From NCBI GenBank assembly GCA_934463265.1, contig CAKSIU010000003.1:4463-68462 (forward strand): a stretch of DNA of 64,000 nt, read 5' to 3'. Positions 38,655 to 48,365 of this stretch are shown here, piece by piece; positions within the stretch are counted from its first letter, which is position 1, and every line of letters begins with the position of its first letter. The stretch is from an uncultured Eubacteriales bacterium. Its GTDB lineage: Bacteria; Bacillota; Clostridia; Oscillospirales; Acutalibacteraceae. The position numbers and the translations under genes were made by a program. A model generated the notes under the pieces. That model searched no databases and was not told the DNA's origin. It worked only from the letters and a program-made list of their open reading frames with translations.

Positions 38655-40046
38655 GTGAGTGAATCAGAAAAAAAAGTTCCTAAGACGTTAAAAGATATGT
38701 CTCCGGTTAGACTGATTGTTTCTAGCTTTTTTGCGATAATTATTTTAGGCACATCGCTTTTGTATCTGCCTATTGCTTCAAGAAATATGCAGTCGGTCAA
38801 TTTTATCGACGCGATGTTCACTGCAACTTCGGCAACCTGCGTTACAGGTCTTACCCCGTTTGATACTTATTCACAGTGGTCCACTTTTGGGCAAGTGGTA
38901 ATTCTGCTACTCATACAGTTTGGCGGCCTTGGAATCATTACTTTTACGACGGGGTTTACTTTGTTTTTTCGAAAAAAATTAGGTCTTAGAGATATGCAAA
39001 TCGCTAAAGAATACACCAGCGGAAGCGTACTTAATCTAACGCGGCTAATAAAGACAATTATTATTTGGTCACTTGGCTGCGAAGTTATCGGAGCAATACT
39101 TTTCGCTATTAGATTTGTCCCGCATTTTGGCATATCAAGAGGAATTTGGATATCTGTTTTTACTGCAATCTCTGCATACTGCAATGCAGGATTCGACATA
39201 ATGGGGTTTATTAACCCAGGCGCAAGTTTTATTGAGTACGCCACCGATCCGCTTGTGTCCTTAACCGCCTCGATTTTAGTGATTTTAGGCGGAATCGGAT
39301 TCGTTGTTGTAAGTGATATTTACTCCTGCATTACACGAAAAATTGAAAATCCAAAAACGCACCCAAAACTAAATTTACACTCATTTATAGTAATTACCAT
39401 GTCACTCGCGTTACTGCTTTTGGGGACGATTTTATTCATGTTTTTTGAATATGACAGAACTTTGTCTGGGTTTAACTTCTTTGAAAAGCTAAATATATCA
39501 TTTTTTCAATCTACAGTAGCCAGAACTGCGGGCTTTTTTTCAGTTCCCATAGATCAGGAAAAAACTTTAACAAAGTTATTAACGATAATTCTCATGTTTA
39601 TCGGAGCCTCTTCGGCCTCCACAGGCGGAGGTATAAAAACTACGACTTTTGTGGTAATTTTAGCGACTTTACGCAGCGTTGTTAAAGGCTATGATGACAC
39701 CGTAATTCTTAGGCACAAAGTCGAAAAATCCACTGTATACAAAGCTTTTTCGCTTACCATGCTTGCTTTCTTTTTGATTTCAATCGTTACGGCCATAATT
39801 GCCGTCGCAGAGTCTTCCAAAAACATTACTGTATTAGATATCACTTTCGAAACCGTCTCCGCATTCGCTACTGTCGGCTTAACAACCGGAATAACAAGCG
39901 CTCTTTCAACTTTATCGAAAATTTTTATAATGTTGATGATGTTTATAGGAAGAGTCGGACCGATTTCGTTCATTTTCTCAGTTTCTTTGATGAAAGATAA
40001 AAACTCCGTAAAAGTTTTGCCTTCAAGCAAAATTATCGTAGGTTAA
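38655..40046 (+). CDS. TrkH/KtrB-family potassium uptake membrane protein
   Basis: 463 aa. Repeated pore-loop motifs (TATCVTGL, YCNAGF, RTAGF, TVGLTTG). No TrkA/KtrA partner adjacent. Confidence 0.85.
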   Translation: MSESEKKVPKTLKDMSPVRLIVSSFFAIIILGTSLLYLPIASRNMQSVNFIDAMFTATSATCVTGLTPFDTYSQWSTFGQVVILLLIQFGGLGIITFTTGFTLFFRKKLGLRDMQIAKEYTSGSVLNLTRLIKTIIIWSLGCEVIGAILFAIRFVPHFGISRGIWISVFTAISAYCNAGFDIMGFINPGASFIEYATDPLVSLTASILVILGGIGFVVVSDIYSCITRKIENPKTHPKLNLHSFIVITMSLALLLLGTILFMFFEYDRTLSGFNFFEKLNISFFQSTVARTAGFFSVPIDQEKTLTKLLTIILMFIGASSASTGGGIKTTTFVVILATLRSVVKGYDDTVILRHKVEKSTVYKAFSLTMLAFFLISIVTAIIAVAESSKNITVLDITFETVSAFATVGLTTGITSALSTLSKIFIMLMMFIGRVGPISFIFSVSLMKDKNSVKVLPSSKIIVG

Positions 40047-40063
40047 AAAACATATTATTTGTA

Positions 40064-40107
40064 AAAAAGAAAAGAGGCGCGCGATATAGTGCGTACCTCT
40101 TTTTTTA
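40064..40107 (-). terminator. pyk terminator carrying the shared GC-rich hairpin core
   Basis: Minus strand reads AAAAAAA-GAGGTACGCACTATATCGCGCGCCTC-TTTTCTTTTTT. The 18-nt core 40076-40093 is identical (reverse complement) to 61643-61660. Confidence 0.8.
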
Positions 40108-41859
40108 TTAATTGTTTTTGCTTTCAAAAACAATACCTCTACGAGCATCAACTGTTACAAACGAGCCATTTTTTAAAAGTTTTGTTTGCATTTTTGCTCC
40201 TGTAATCACAGGTTTGTCAAGTTCAAATCCAACAACCACTGCATGGGAATTTTCTTCAGAAACTTCCGTAATAATCGCACCAACGTCTTTAATTAAATTT
40301 AAAATTTTGTTTGAAGTTTCCGGGATAACCAAAATATCACCTGACTTAAAATTTTCAAAAACTTCATCTTCGTTTCTGCATATACATAATTTTCCTTGTG
40401 CAGATGTATTTGTTAATCCATGCCCGGATAATAATATATCGCCGACCAAATGAACTTTTAAGAAATTTGTTCCGTAAATTTTACCCAAAGGCAAACCTGC
40501 AGTAATTACAACTAAATCGCCATCTTTTATGATTTTTACTTCACTTGCGGCTTTTATAACTTCATCTGAAAGCTGATTTAAGTCGCTGAACTCATTTTTC
40601 ATAAAAAGCGGAATTACTCCCCATAAAAGGTTCAGTTGTCGTAAAACCATCTGGTCGGAAGTTACCGCAATTATAGGGCAGCTTGGTCTGTATTTAGAGA
40701 CAAATTGAGCCGTTTTTCCAGAGCGAGTAATTGTTAAAATTGCCGAAGCACCTAAGTCTAAAGCCGTAGTGCAGGTTGCGTGAGACAGTGCAGCAGTTAT
40801 AGTAGTTTTTAAAGCAAGAGGTAAATCAAAAAATCTTTTTTTGTAGTCGATTTCAGATTCTGTTTTTGTTGCAATAGATGCCATAAATTTTACCGCTTCT
40901 ACTGGATAAAGTCCCGCTGCAGTTTCGCCAGACAACATTATCGCACTGGTTCCATCATAAATTGCATTCGCAACATCACTTACTTCTGCGCGAGTAGGTC
41001 GTGGATTTTTCATCATAGAGTCAAGCATCTGAGTAGCGGTTATTACGTGTTTGCCAGCATTACAAGCTTTTTTTATTAATTTTTTCTGGATAGTCGGAAT
41101 ATTTTCCAGTGGAATTTCCACACCCAAATCGCCTCGTGCAACCATAATTCCGTCCGCCACTTTGATTATTTCGTCTATGTTATTTATACCATCGGAATTT
41201 TCTATTTTAGCAATTATTTTTATATTAGAACCGTTTAAATCGAGCAATACTTTGCGTAATTTTTTAATATCATCAGCATTTCTTGTAAATGAAGCCGCAA
41301 TAAAGTCAAAATCCTGCTCAACGGCAAATTTTATATCGTCGAAGTCTTTCTGACTTATAAACGGAAGCGACAATCTAAGTCCAGGAATATTTATTCCTTT
41401 GTTTGCGGACAAAAATCCATCATTTAAAACCTCACAAATTATAGCACTTCCAGAAATTTCTTTAACTAAAAAAGAAATTAAACCATCGTCTATAAGAATT
41501 TTTGTACCAGCCGAAATCTCATTTGCTAGGCCTTTAAACGTTATGCTTACGATAGATTCATCGCCTAAAATGTCCTCTGACGTCAAAGTAAAAGTTTGAC
41601 CTTTTTTCAGCTGAATTTTAGAAGCCTTAAACTTTCCAATTCTGATTTCAGGGCCTCTTGTATCCAACATTAATGCAACCGGCAAAGATAAATCTTCTCG
41701 AAGTTTTTTCACCATATCGACGCGTTCCAAGTGTTTTTGATGATTCTGATGTGACATATTAATTCGTGCAACATCCATGCCATTTAACATCATTTCTTTT
41801 AATATATTCACATCGTCTGTAGCCGGCCCCAGCGTACAAACAATTTTCGTTTTTCGCAA
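40108..41859 (-). CDS. pyk: pyruvate kinase with C-terminal PEP-utilizer mobile domain
   Basis: 583 aa. MRKTKIVCTLGPA.., MVARGDLGVEIP, and an extra ~100-aa C-terminal domain as in Bacillus-type Pyk. Confidence 0.95.
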   Translation of the reverse strand: MRKTKIVCTLGPATDDVNILKEMMLNGMDVARINMSHQNHQKHLERVDMVKKLREDLSLPVALMLDTRGPEIRIGKFKASKIQLKKGQTFTLTSEDILGDESIVSITFKGLANEISAGTKILIDDGLISFLVKEISGSAIICEVLNDGFLSANKGINIPGLRLSLPFISQKDFDDIKFAVEQDFDFIAASFTRNADDIKKLRKVLLDLNGSNIKIIAKIENSDGINNIDEIIKVADGIMVARGDLGVEIPLENIPTIQKKLIKKACNAGKHVITATQMLDSMMKNPRPTRAEVSDVANAIYDGTSAIMLSGETAAGLYPVEAVKFMASIATKTESEIDYKKRFFDLPLALKTTITAALSHATCTTALDLGASAILTITRSGKTAQFVSKYRPSCPIIAVTSDQMVLRQLNLLWGVIPLFMKNEFSDLNQLSDEVIKAASEVKIIKDGDLVVITAGLPLGKIYGTNFLKVHLVGDILLSGHGLTNTSAQGKLCICRNEDEVFENFKSGDILVIPETSNKILNLIKDVGAIITEVSEENSHAVVVGFELDKPVITGAKMQTKLLKNGSFVTVDARRGIVFESKNN

Positions 41860-42035
41860 AATAATTCAACTCCTAATCCAAATATATAAATAGTCTGCTT
41901 AACAATTAGAGTCTTTATATTATAGCATAATATACGAATTTTTACAAAATTATTGATAAAAGTTTTTCTTGCAAACGAATTTTTCAAGGTGTAAACTTAA
42001 CTTAAGGCAATTTTTTTAGGGAGTTATGTTATTAT

Positions 42036-42911
42036 ATGAAAAAATTTGTTTTAAAACGCGACTTATTACCGACTTCAATTAAACGTCTTTCAGATGTCTC
42101 TGCTGAACCTTTATTTGCATGTAAAAAAAGAAAATTTAAAATATTTTCGTACTTTTTGGAAAAAAATGAGTGCGTCTGCAGAAAGTGGACAAGAAAAAAT
42201 ACTGTAAAATGCTTATTAATAGTATTGCCACTGGCCGTTGCAGCTATTTTAACCGGCGGAATTTGCGCTTCGGTAAATGAAAAATCCAATGTATTTGCAA
42301 AAAAAGATAAAGATATCAAAAAAAGTTTTTTACAAAACGATGATGTAAATAAAAATTTTTTGTTGGTTGTTAATGCCAAAACACCTCTTCCAGACGGCTA
42401 TGAACCAGACTTAACACATTATATGCAAATCGAGTGCGATAAGAAATTGGTTAAAAATTTGGATGAACTGTTAAATGTGGCTAAAAAAGCTGGGTACAAT
42501 TTTAACGTTGTAAAAGGTTTTGTTTGCAAAGACGAAATTCAAAAAAGCTATGAAGAAAAATTAAATCAGCTTTTAAATGAGAATTTTACAAAAGTTCGAG
42601 CTGAAGCTACCGCAGAAAAACTGGTATCTTCACCAGGAAAATCTGAATATCAAACCGGGCTGCTGGTTGACATTTGTATTCCAAATATGAGTACTTCTGA
42701 ATTTATCGCCTCTGACGCTTACAAGTGGCTTACCGCTAATTGTGTGAATTTCGGCTTTATTCAAAGATATCCCGCTGATAAAGCTGATAAGACTTTAAAA
42801 AATTTTAGTCCGTTTGCGTTTAGATTCGTCGGTGAAACTAATGCAAAAAAAATGCGCTCTCTTTCCATGTGTATGGAGGAATACTTTAGATATTTTCGTG
42901 CTAACAACTAA
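42036..42911 (+). CDS. VanY/M15B D,D-carboxypeptidase-like protein with degenerate active site
   Basis: 291 aa. Signal-anchor, then a VanY-like fold (PLPDGYEPDL, SPGKSEYQTGLLVDI, NFGFIQRYP). The usual SxHxxGxAxD His is Tyr and the ExxH motif reads SPFAFRFVG. Confidence 0.65.
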   Translation: MKKFVLKRDLLPTSIKRLSDVSAEPLFACKKRKFKIFSYFLEKNECVCRKWTRKNTVKCLLIVLPLAVAAILTGGICASVNEKSNVFAKKDKDIKKSFLQNDDVNKNFLLVVNAKTPLPDGYEPDLTHYMQIECDKKLVKNLDELLNVAKKAGYNFNVVKGFVCKDEIQKSYEEKLNQLLNENFTKVRAEATAEKLVSSPGKSEYQTGLLVDICIPNMSTSEFIASDAYKWLTANCVNFGFIQRYPADKADKTLKNFSPFAFRFVGETNAKKMRSLSMCMEEYFRYFRANN

Positions 42912-42959
42912 ATCTTTATTTTCGAAAATTTAAATAAATTTCAACCTAAAGTAGGATTT

Positions 42960-43616
42960 TTATATCCTACTTTTTTTATTTTCAACTTCACTGTTATTAT
43001 CAATATCACTTTCAAGTTCTTTAAAAAATACGGTTGAATAACCATAATATCCATTTTGAGTTGCCGCTTTACAAATCGAAATTGCTGATTTAAGTAATTC
43101 TAAGTCTGGTTTGATTTTATCACTGTTAACTAATCTTCCCATTTTTTCTTCCATTTCGTAGTTTTCTAAAACAATTTTTGCAACAATAACTCTAGATTGT
43201 AAAGATATTTGACAATACATTGCAAAAAGTTGCAATAAAGCCGGCCAAGAACTTCCATGAGTCCCACTCATAATATAAATTAATTCTTTTTTCTCTTTGG
43301 CACTGCTAATTTTTATTAAATTATTTAGTTTTTCATTCAATTCTGATTCATTGTCCAAGCTTGTTTTATCAAAAAAACTGGGGTATAAAAACTCCATATA
43401 ATATTTTATTGGATTAAGACCCAAAACTCTAAACCATTCTGTTGCCTGAAATAAATTTGGAGAACTAAGGCCCTTCTCCCAATTTTGAATAGTCTTTTTT
43501 GAAACACCCATACTAAGAGCCATAAATTCTTGCGATTTTCCTACATCATCTCTAGACTTCCACCAAACTTTTGCAAACCTTTTTGCTCGTGCTATTCTTG
43601 ATTCGTTGTCATACAT
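42960..43616 (-). CDS. XRE-family helix-turn-helix protein with uncharacterised C-terminal domain
   Basis: 218 aa. HTH: SQEFMALSMGVSKKTIQNWEKG. Confidence 0.7.
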   Translation of the reverse strand: MYDNESRIARAKRFAKVWWKSRDDVGKSQEFMALSMGVSKKTIQNWEKGLSSPNLFQATEWFRVLGLNPIKYYMEFLYPSFFDKTSLDNESELNEKLNNLIKISSAKEKKELIYIMSGTHGSSWPALLQLFAMYCQISLQSRVIVAKIVLENYEMEEKMGRLVNSDKIKPDLELLKSAISICKAATQNGYYGYSTVFFKELESDIDNNSEVENKKSRI

Positions 43617-44107
43617 TTTCCCACCACCGAAAAATAATTAGCCAATAAAGAAGAAAATAGAGTAAAAAATTTCCACTTAAAAATATAAAAAAATAGGGTG
43701 TCTAAACGACTCCCCAAAATAAGTTTAAAAAATACCTCAAAAGTAATTGACACAGCTTATAAACTGCAATAAAATCATGAAAAATAATTAAATTATAATT
43801 TAAGCCGAAAGGATGCTAAACTAAAAATATAATTCAATTTAAATAAGAAGGAAAGTCTATATAAAATTTGCGTTTAACGCTAAAAAAATATAATTTTTCA
43901 ACCGCATAAATCTACTAAAATGTAAATTAATCGCGTTCATATTACATTTTATAACAAAAAAGTTATTATTTACCATATCATGATTTTTTACGATTGTCAA
44001 TAACTAATTTATAATTTTAAGCGGAACTTCGACAAATAACAATATATAGATCGGTTATACTAAAAAAAGAAGACCAAAAATCTATTTTAGCAAGGAGCTA
44101 TAAAAGC

Positions 44108-44395
44108 ATGGAAAAAGTCCAAATTTGTAAATATGTAAAAAATTATTCTAAAATTGAGAAAATTCAAGATGAATACGAAGTCGAATATTCTGCTAATATA
44201 ATAGCAAATGATATTTGCCTCTGCGTTATACATATACAAAATTCAAATAATTATTCTGTAAAATGTTCCTGTGAAAATATAAGCGAAAAGCAAGCAAAAA
44301 ATATAATGCTGTTTATGTATGAAAACAGCATTGACGCATGTGGTTTTTTGGATGTACTGCAGGACCTTTCTGTAAAATATCAAGAAACCAAATAA
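44108..44395 (+). CDS. hypothetical protein (95 aa)
   Basis: ORF track. RBS AAGGAGC 8 nt upstream. No recognised family. The 3' end overlaps the convergent tadA by 16 nt. Confidence 0.4.
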   Translation: MEKVQICKYVKNYSKIEKIQDEYEVEYSANIIANDICLCVIHIQNSNNYSVKCSCENISEKQAKNIMLFMYENSIDACGFLDVLQDLSVKYQETK

Positions 44396-44853
44396 TTATT
44401 TTTTGAACGTACCTTTTTAAAAAAATTAATTAACAACTGTGCGCATTCTTCTTTCAGAATGCCACTTTTTATTTCCGGCTTGTGGTTATAATTTTCCTCA
44501 AACAAATTGATAACCGAACCACATGAGCCAAATTTTAAATCTTTAGCTCCAAAAACAACGCGCTTTATTCGAGAGTTTATGATTGCACCTGCACACATCA
44601 GGCAAGGTTCCAAAGTAACAAACAATTCACATTCCCACAATCGCCAACCATTTAAAACATTACAAGCATTATTTATTGCTTCAATTTCTGCATGAAAAAG
44701 CGCATTTTTTTTCGTTTCTCGACGGTTTCTACCCATAGCAATTATATTATTATTTTTTGTGATAACCGCTCCTACTGGCACTTCACCTTCACAATAAGCC
44801 ATCCACGCAAGTTTTATCGCCTCCGACATAAAATAACTATCATTTGCAGCCAA
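44380..44853 (-). CDS. tadA: tRNA adenosine(34) deaminase
   Basis: 157 aa. HAEIEAI and PCLMCAGA zinc motifs. Confidence 0.9.
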   Translation of the reverse strand: MAANDSYFMSEAIKLAWMAYCEGEVPVGAVITKNNNIIAMGRNRRETKKNALFHAEIEAINNACNVLNGWRLWECELFVTLEPCLMCAGAIINSRIKRVVFGAKDLKFGSCGSVINLFEENYNHKPEIKSGILKEECAQLLINFFKKVRSKNNYLVS

Positions 44854-44899
44854 TTAATAACCTCCTTACTTACAACAAAAAAGTATAATTTTCAAAAGT

Positions 44900-46147
44900 T
44901 TAATTTTTCTTCAAAATTTCATCTGCTGCTAACATAATTCCCACTTTTGCACTGTGAAAATTAAGCCCCCCCTGCATAAAAACAGCATAAGGTTTGCGAA
45001 GTGGCGCATCTGCAGACAGTTCAATCGAAGCGCCCAAAGTGAATGTGCCCGCAGCCATTATAACCTGATTATCATACCCTGGCATATCCCATGGTTCCGG
45101 CTTAACAAAAGAGTCTATCGGTGATGCTGCTTGAATACTTTGACAAAATGCAATTAAATCTTTTGCGTTTCCTAACTTTAAAACCTGAATTATATCGCTT
45201 CGAGGTTCATTATATTTTGGAAAAACTTCATAGCCAAGAATTTCAAACAGCGCCGCAGAAAATACTGCAACTTTAAGTGCCTCTCCAGTTACATGAGGCG
45301 CATTAAAAATTCCCATAAAAAGTTCTCGGTTTACTCCAAGTGTCGCACCGATTTCTTTTCCAGTTCCTGGCGTTGTAAGACGGTATGAGCACATCTCTAT
45401 TAAATCTTTTCGGCCTGCTATGTAACCTCCCGTTGACGCAATTCCCCCTCCTGGATTTTTTATCAATGAACCAACAATTAAATCAACACCGTTTAGCAAC
45501 GGCTCATCGTAACCAACAAATTCGCCGTAACAATTGTCCAACATAATAATGCAATTTGGTGATTTTTTCTTCGCAATTTGTGCTACTTTTTTTATATCAC
45601 TTACAAATAGTGATGGGCGCAAAGAATAACCCCTAGAGCGCTGCATGTAAACCATTTTTATCTTTGAATTTAGCGTATCTTCTATTGCTGAAAAATTGAG
45701 CAAACCATCGATTGTTAAAGGAATTTCTAAATAATTTATTCCAAATTCTTGCAAAGAGCCAGAGCTTTTTTTATTGGCACCTATAACCCCTTGAAGCGTA
45801 TCATACGGTGCACCGGACACGCTGAGAATCGTGTCTCCCGGGCGGAGCACGCCAAAAAGAGCAACGGTAAGTGCATGAGTTCCACTTACAAAATTGTGCC
45901 GAACTAAAGCATCCTCAGCTCCAAAACTCTGCGTAAAAACTTTATCCAAAACATCTCTTCCATCGTCGCCATAGCCATATCCGGTTGACCCGACAAAATG
46001 CCGCTCACTCACACCGTTATCGATAAAAGCTTTCAAAACTTTCTGCTGATTATATTCAGTCATTGCGTCAATTTTTTCAAACTCGTTTTTACATAAATTC
46101 ATCGCTTTTTCTGATAAATTTTGAATTTTTTCGCTTATATTAAACAT
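44900..46147 (-). CDS. methionine gamma-lyase-family PLP protein (YnbB-like)
   Basis: 415 aa. HFVGSTGYGYGDDGRD near the N-terminus is characteristic of this family. Confidence 0.8.
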   Translation of the reverse strand: MFNISEKIQNLSEKAMNLCKNEFEKIDAMTEYNQQKVLKAFIDNGVSERHFVGSTGYGYGDDGRDVLDKVFTQSFGAEDALVRHNFVSGTHALTVALFGVLRPGDTILSVSGAPYDTLQGVIGANKKSSGSLQEFGINYLEIPLTIDGLLNFSAIEDTLNSKIKMVYMQRSRGYSLRPSLFVSDIKKVAQIAKKKSPNCIIMLDNCYGEFVGYDEPLLNGVDLIVGSLIKNPGGGIASTGGYIAGRKDLIEMCSYRLTTPGTGKEIGATLGVNRELFMGIFNAPHVTGEALKVAVFSAALFEILGYEVFPKYNEPRSDIIQVLKLGNAKDLIAFCQSIQAASPIDSFVKPEPWDMPGYDNQVIMAAGTFTLGASIELSADAPLRKPYAVFMQGGLNFHSAKVGIMLAADEILKKN

Positions 46148-46171
46148 TTTAACTGCAACGTCCCCTTAAAT

Positions 46172-47215
46172 TTATTCTTCGCAAATTTTTTCAGCCAATT
46201 TTTGCACTAATTTTTGTGTCTCCCATATATCATCAGCGCAAATCATTCCGCAAGCCGTGTGAAGATATCTGCAAGGTAACGAAACTGCAAGTGTTTTAAC
46301 TCCTCCACGAGTTGCGTGAATTGCTCCAGAATCGTTACCACCCGCCACAAGCGATTTAACTTGAACTTTTATGCTGTTTTTCTGTGCCAATTCCAATGCA
46401 AGTTCATAGAGTTCCTTGTCATATATTGTTCTTTTGTCCATAAACGCAATAACTGCGCCGTATCCGACTTTGCAAACCTGCTTTTCAGGCGGAGTCCCCT
46501 TGATATCCGCAGCGGTAGTCGCTTCAACAACAATCGCTACATCGGGATTTACATCAAAGGCCACAACTTTTGCGCCACGTAGACCAATTTCTTCTTGAGT
46601 AACAAATGTGAAATACGTGTCAAATGGCAAGTCTTGCTTTATCAAATTTATCAAAATAAAACAACCTACACGGTCATCAATGGCCTTGGATTTTATCATA
46701 TTATTTTCGATTTTAAAATTTGATGAAAAGCAGACGCTGTCGCCAGGAGAAACGTAAGATAAAGCCTCATCCCTGTCAGAAGCACCGATGTCAATGTATA
46801 AATCATCGATAGGAACGCTTTTTTGGCGCTCTTCTGCATTAAGAAGATGAACCGGTTTTAGCCCGATTACTCCGGAAATTTGTCGTCTGCCAACTATAAC
46901 ACTTTTTCCGCAAATAACATTCGAGTTGATACCGCCAACCATGTTAAATTTTAACAGCCCATCGTCATTAATGTACGTCACAATAAAACCAACTTCGTCC
47001 ATATGCGCCGAAAGCATAATTTTCTTTTTGGGTGTACATCTTCCTTTTTTTAATGCAATAATATTTCCAAAATTATCAACTTTTAACTCGGATACAAATT
47101 GAGAAATTTCTTTTAAAATAATGTCTCCTATACGGGTTTCATCGCCGGAAATTCCATAAAAATCGCATAACGTCTGAAGTATTTTTAAATCATCACGCAT
47201 TTTTATTTCCTCCAT
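46172..47215 (-). CDS. M42-family metallopeptidase
   Basis: 347 aa. HMDEVGF, DDRVGC, QEEIGLRGA motifs. Confidence 0.85.
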   Translation of the reverse strand: MEEIKMRDDLKILQTLCDFYGISGDETRIGDIILKEISQFVSELKVDNFGNIIALKKGRCTPKKKIMLSAHMDEVGFIVTYINDDGLLKFNMVGGINSNVICGKSVIVGRRQISGVIGLKPVHLLNAEERQKSVPIDDLYIDIGASDRDEALSYVSPGDSVCFSSNFKIENNMIKSKAIDDRVGCFILINLIKQDLPFDTYFTFVTQEEIGLRGAKVVAFDVNPDVAIVVEATTAADIKGTPPEKQVCKVGYGAVIAFMDKRTIYDKELYELALELAQKNSIKVQVKSLVAGGNDSGAIHATRGGVKTLAVSLPCRYLHTACGMICADDIWETQKLVQKLAEKICEE

Positions 47216-48218
47216 TCAAAATGTACAAAGTTAAAAGTTTTGCCGTCGTTTCGATATCAGCAGCGTCTATGACTTCAACTGGTGTGTGCATATATCTTAG
47301 CGGAACCGATAAAAGTCCTCCGGAAATGCCACTTTTTGAAGTCGTAATTACATCGGATGTAGTTCCAGTCGACGAATTCATAATTTCTAGCTGATATGGA
47401 ATTTTATTTTGTTCGGCCAATTCTATAAATTTATTTGAAATACTTTTAGATAATGACGGTGCAATACCTATCATCGGGCCATGAGATAGTTTTCCGCATT
47501 TTTCTTCGGATAAATTCGGTTGTTTTGCAAAGCTTACATCAACAGAAATAGATTCTGTCGGACTAAGCGAAAATGCAGCAGTTTTAGCACCTAGAGCATG
47601 AATTTCTTCTTGGCTGCTGAATAAAAATGTAACCTGACAATCCATATTTTCCGCTGTTAGCATTTGTGCGCAGCGAATTAACACCGCAACTCCTGCACGA
47701 TTATCAAGTCCTGGTGCAGTAATTTTGTTGCCAAGCAATTTCTTCGGTTTAGTGCTAAATGAAACATAATCTCCAACGGATACAATTTCTTTCAATTTTT
47801 CTGACGCATATCCTGTGTCAACCAATAAATTTTCTGTTTTTTCAAAATTGTTTTCCTCTTTGGAAGCTAAATGTGGCGGAGTTGTACACACTATTCCAGT
47901 AATAATTTCTTTGCCGTGAATATTCACCGTCGAACCCGGTAACACTCGACAATCAACACCACCGCACGGAGAAATATTTATAAATCCAGCGCCGTCAATA
48001 GCAGTCACAACCATGCTTATTTGGTCAATGTGTGCATCGACTAAAATATGTCGCTCTGCGTTAGCATTTCCCATTTGACACATAACATTATAATTTTTGT
48101 CTACAACCACTTTACTTGAGTAATTTTGCATTTCTGCTTTTATAAGTTCTGCGATATTTTTTTCATTTCCCGCTCCAGAAAATGTTTCGCACAGACGACA
48201 GATTAGTTCATTAAGCAT
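47193..48218 (-). CDS. M42-family metallopeptidase (second paralogue)
   Basis: 341 aa. HIDQISM, LDNRAG, SQEEIHALGA. Overlaps the downstream paralogue by 23 nt. Confidence 0.8.
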   Translation of the reverse strand: MLNELICRLCETFSGAGNEKNIAELIKAEMQNYSSKVVVDKNYNVMCQMGNANAERHILVDAHIDQISMVVTAIDGAGFINISPCGGVDCRVLPGSTVNIHGKEIITGIVCTTPPHLASKEENNFEKTENLLVDTGYASEKLKEIVSVGDYVSFSTKPKKLLGNKITAPGLDNRAGVAVLIRCAQMLTAENMDCQVTFLFSSQEEIHALGAKTAAFSLSPTESISVDVSFAKQPNLSEEKCGKLSHGPMIGIAPSLSKSISNKFIELAEQNKIPYQLEIMNSSTGTTSDVITTSKSGISGGLLSVPLRYMHTPVEVIDAADIETTAKLLTLYILNGGNKNA

Positions 48219-48257
48219 AATTAAATTGCTCCTTTCATTTTCGCACCCTCAAATATA

Positions 48258-48355
48258 GCACTGCACCCATCAAAATATAAATAATATTTTGATGGGTAAG
48301 GCAAAGGATTTTCCTTTGCCTTACGAATGCAATAAAATTGCATTCGGTGCAGTGC
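48258..48355. other. 98-nt nested palindrome cluster predicted to fold as a perfect four-way junction
   Basis: 10-bp closing stem 48258-48267/48346-48355. It encloses three abutting perfect hairpins: 11 bp (48268-48294), 13 bp (48296-48324) and 9 bp (48325-48345). Only 12 nt are unpaired and there are no G-U pairs. Confidence 0.7.
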
Positions 48356-48365
48356 CTGCTGCGCG

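Noticed and set aside
42032-42379. 115-aa minus-strand ORF overlapping the start of the VanY-like gene
   Set aside because: It is antisense to a CDS with recognisable domain content, and its translation is low-complexity.
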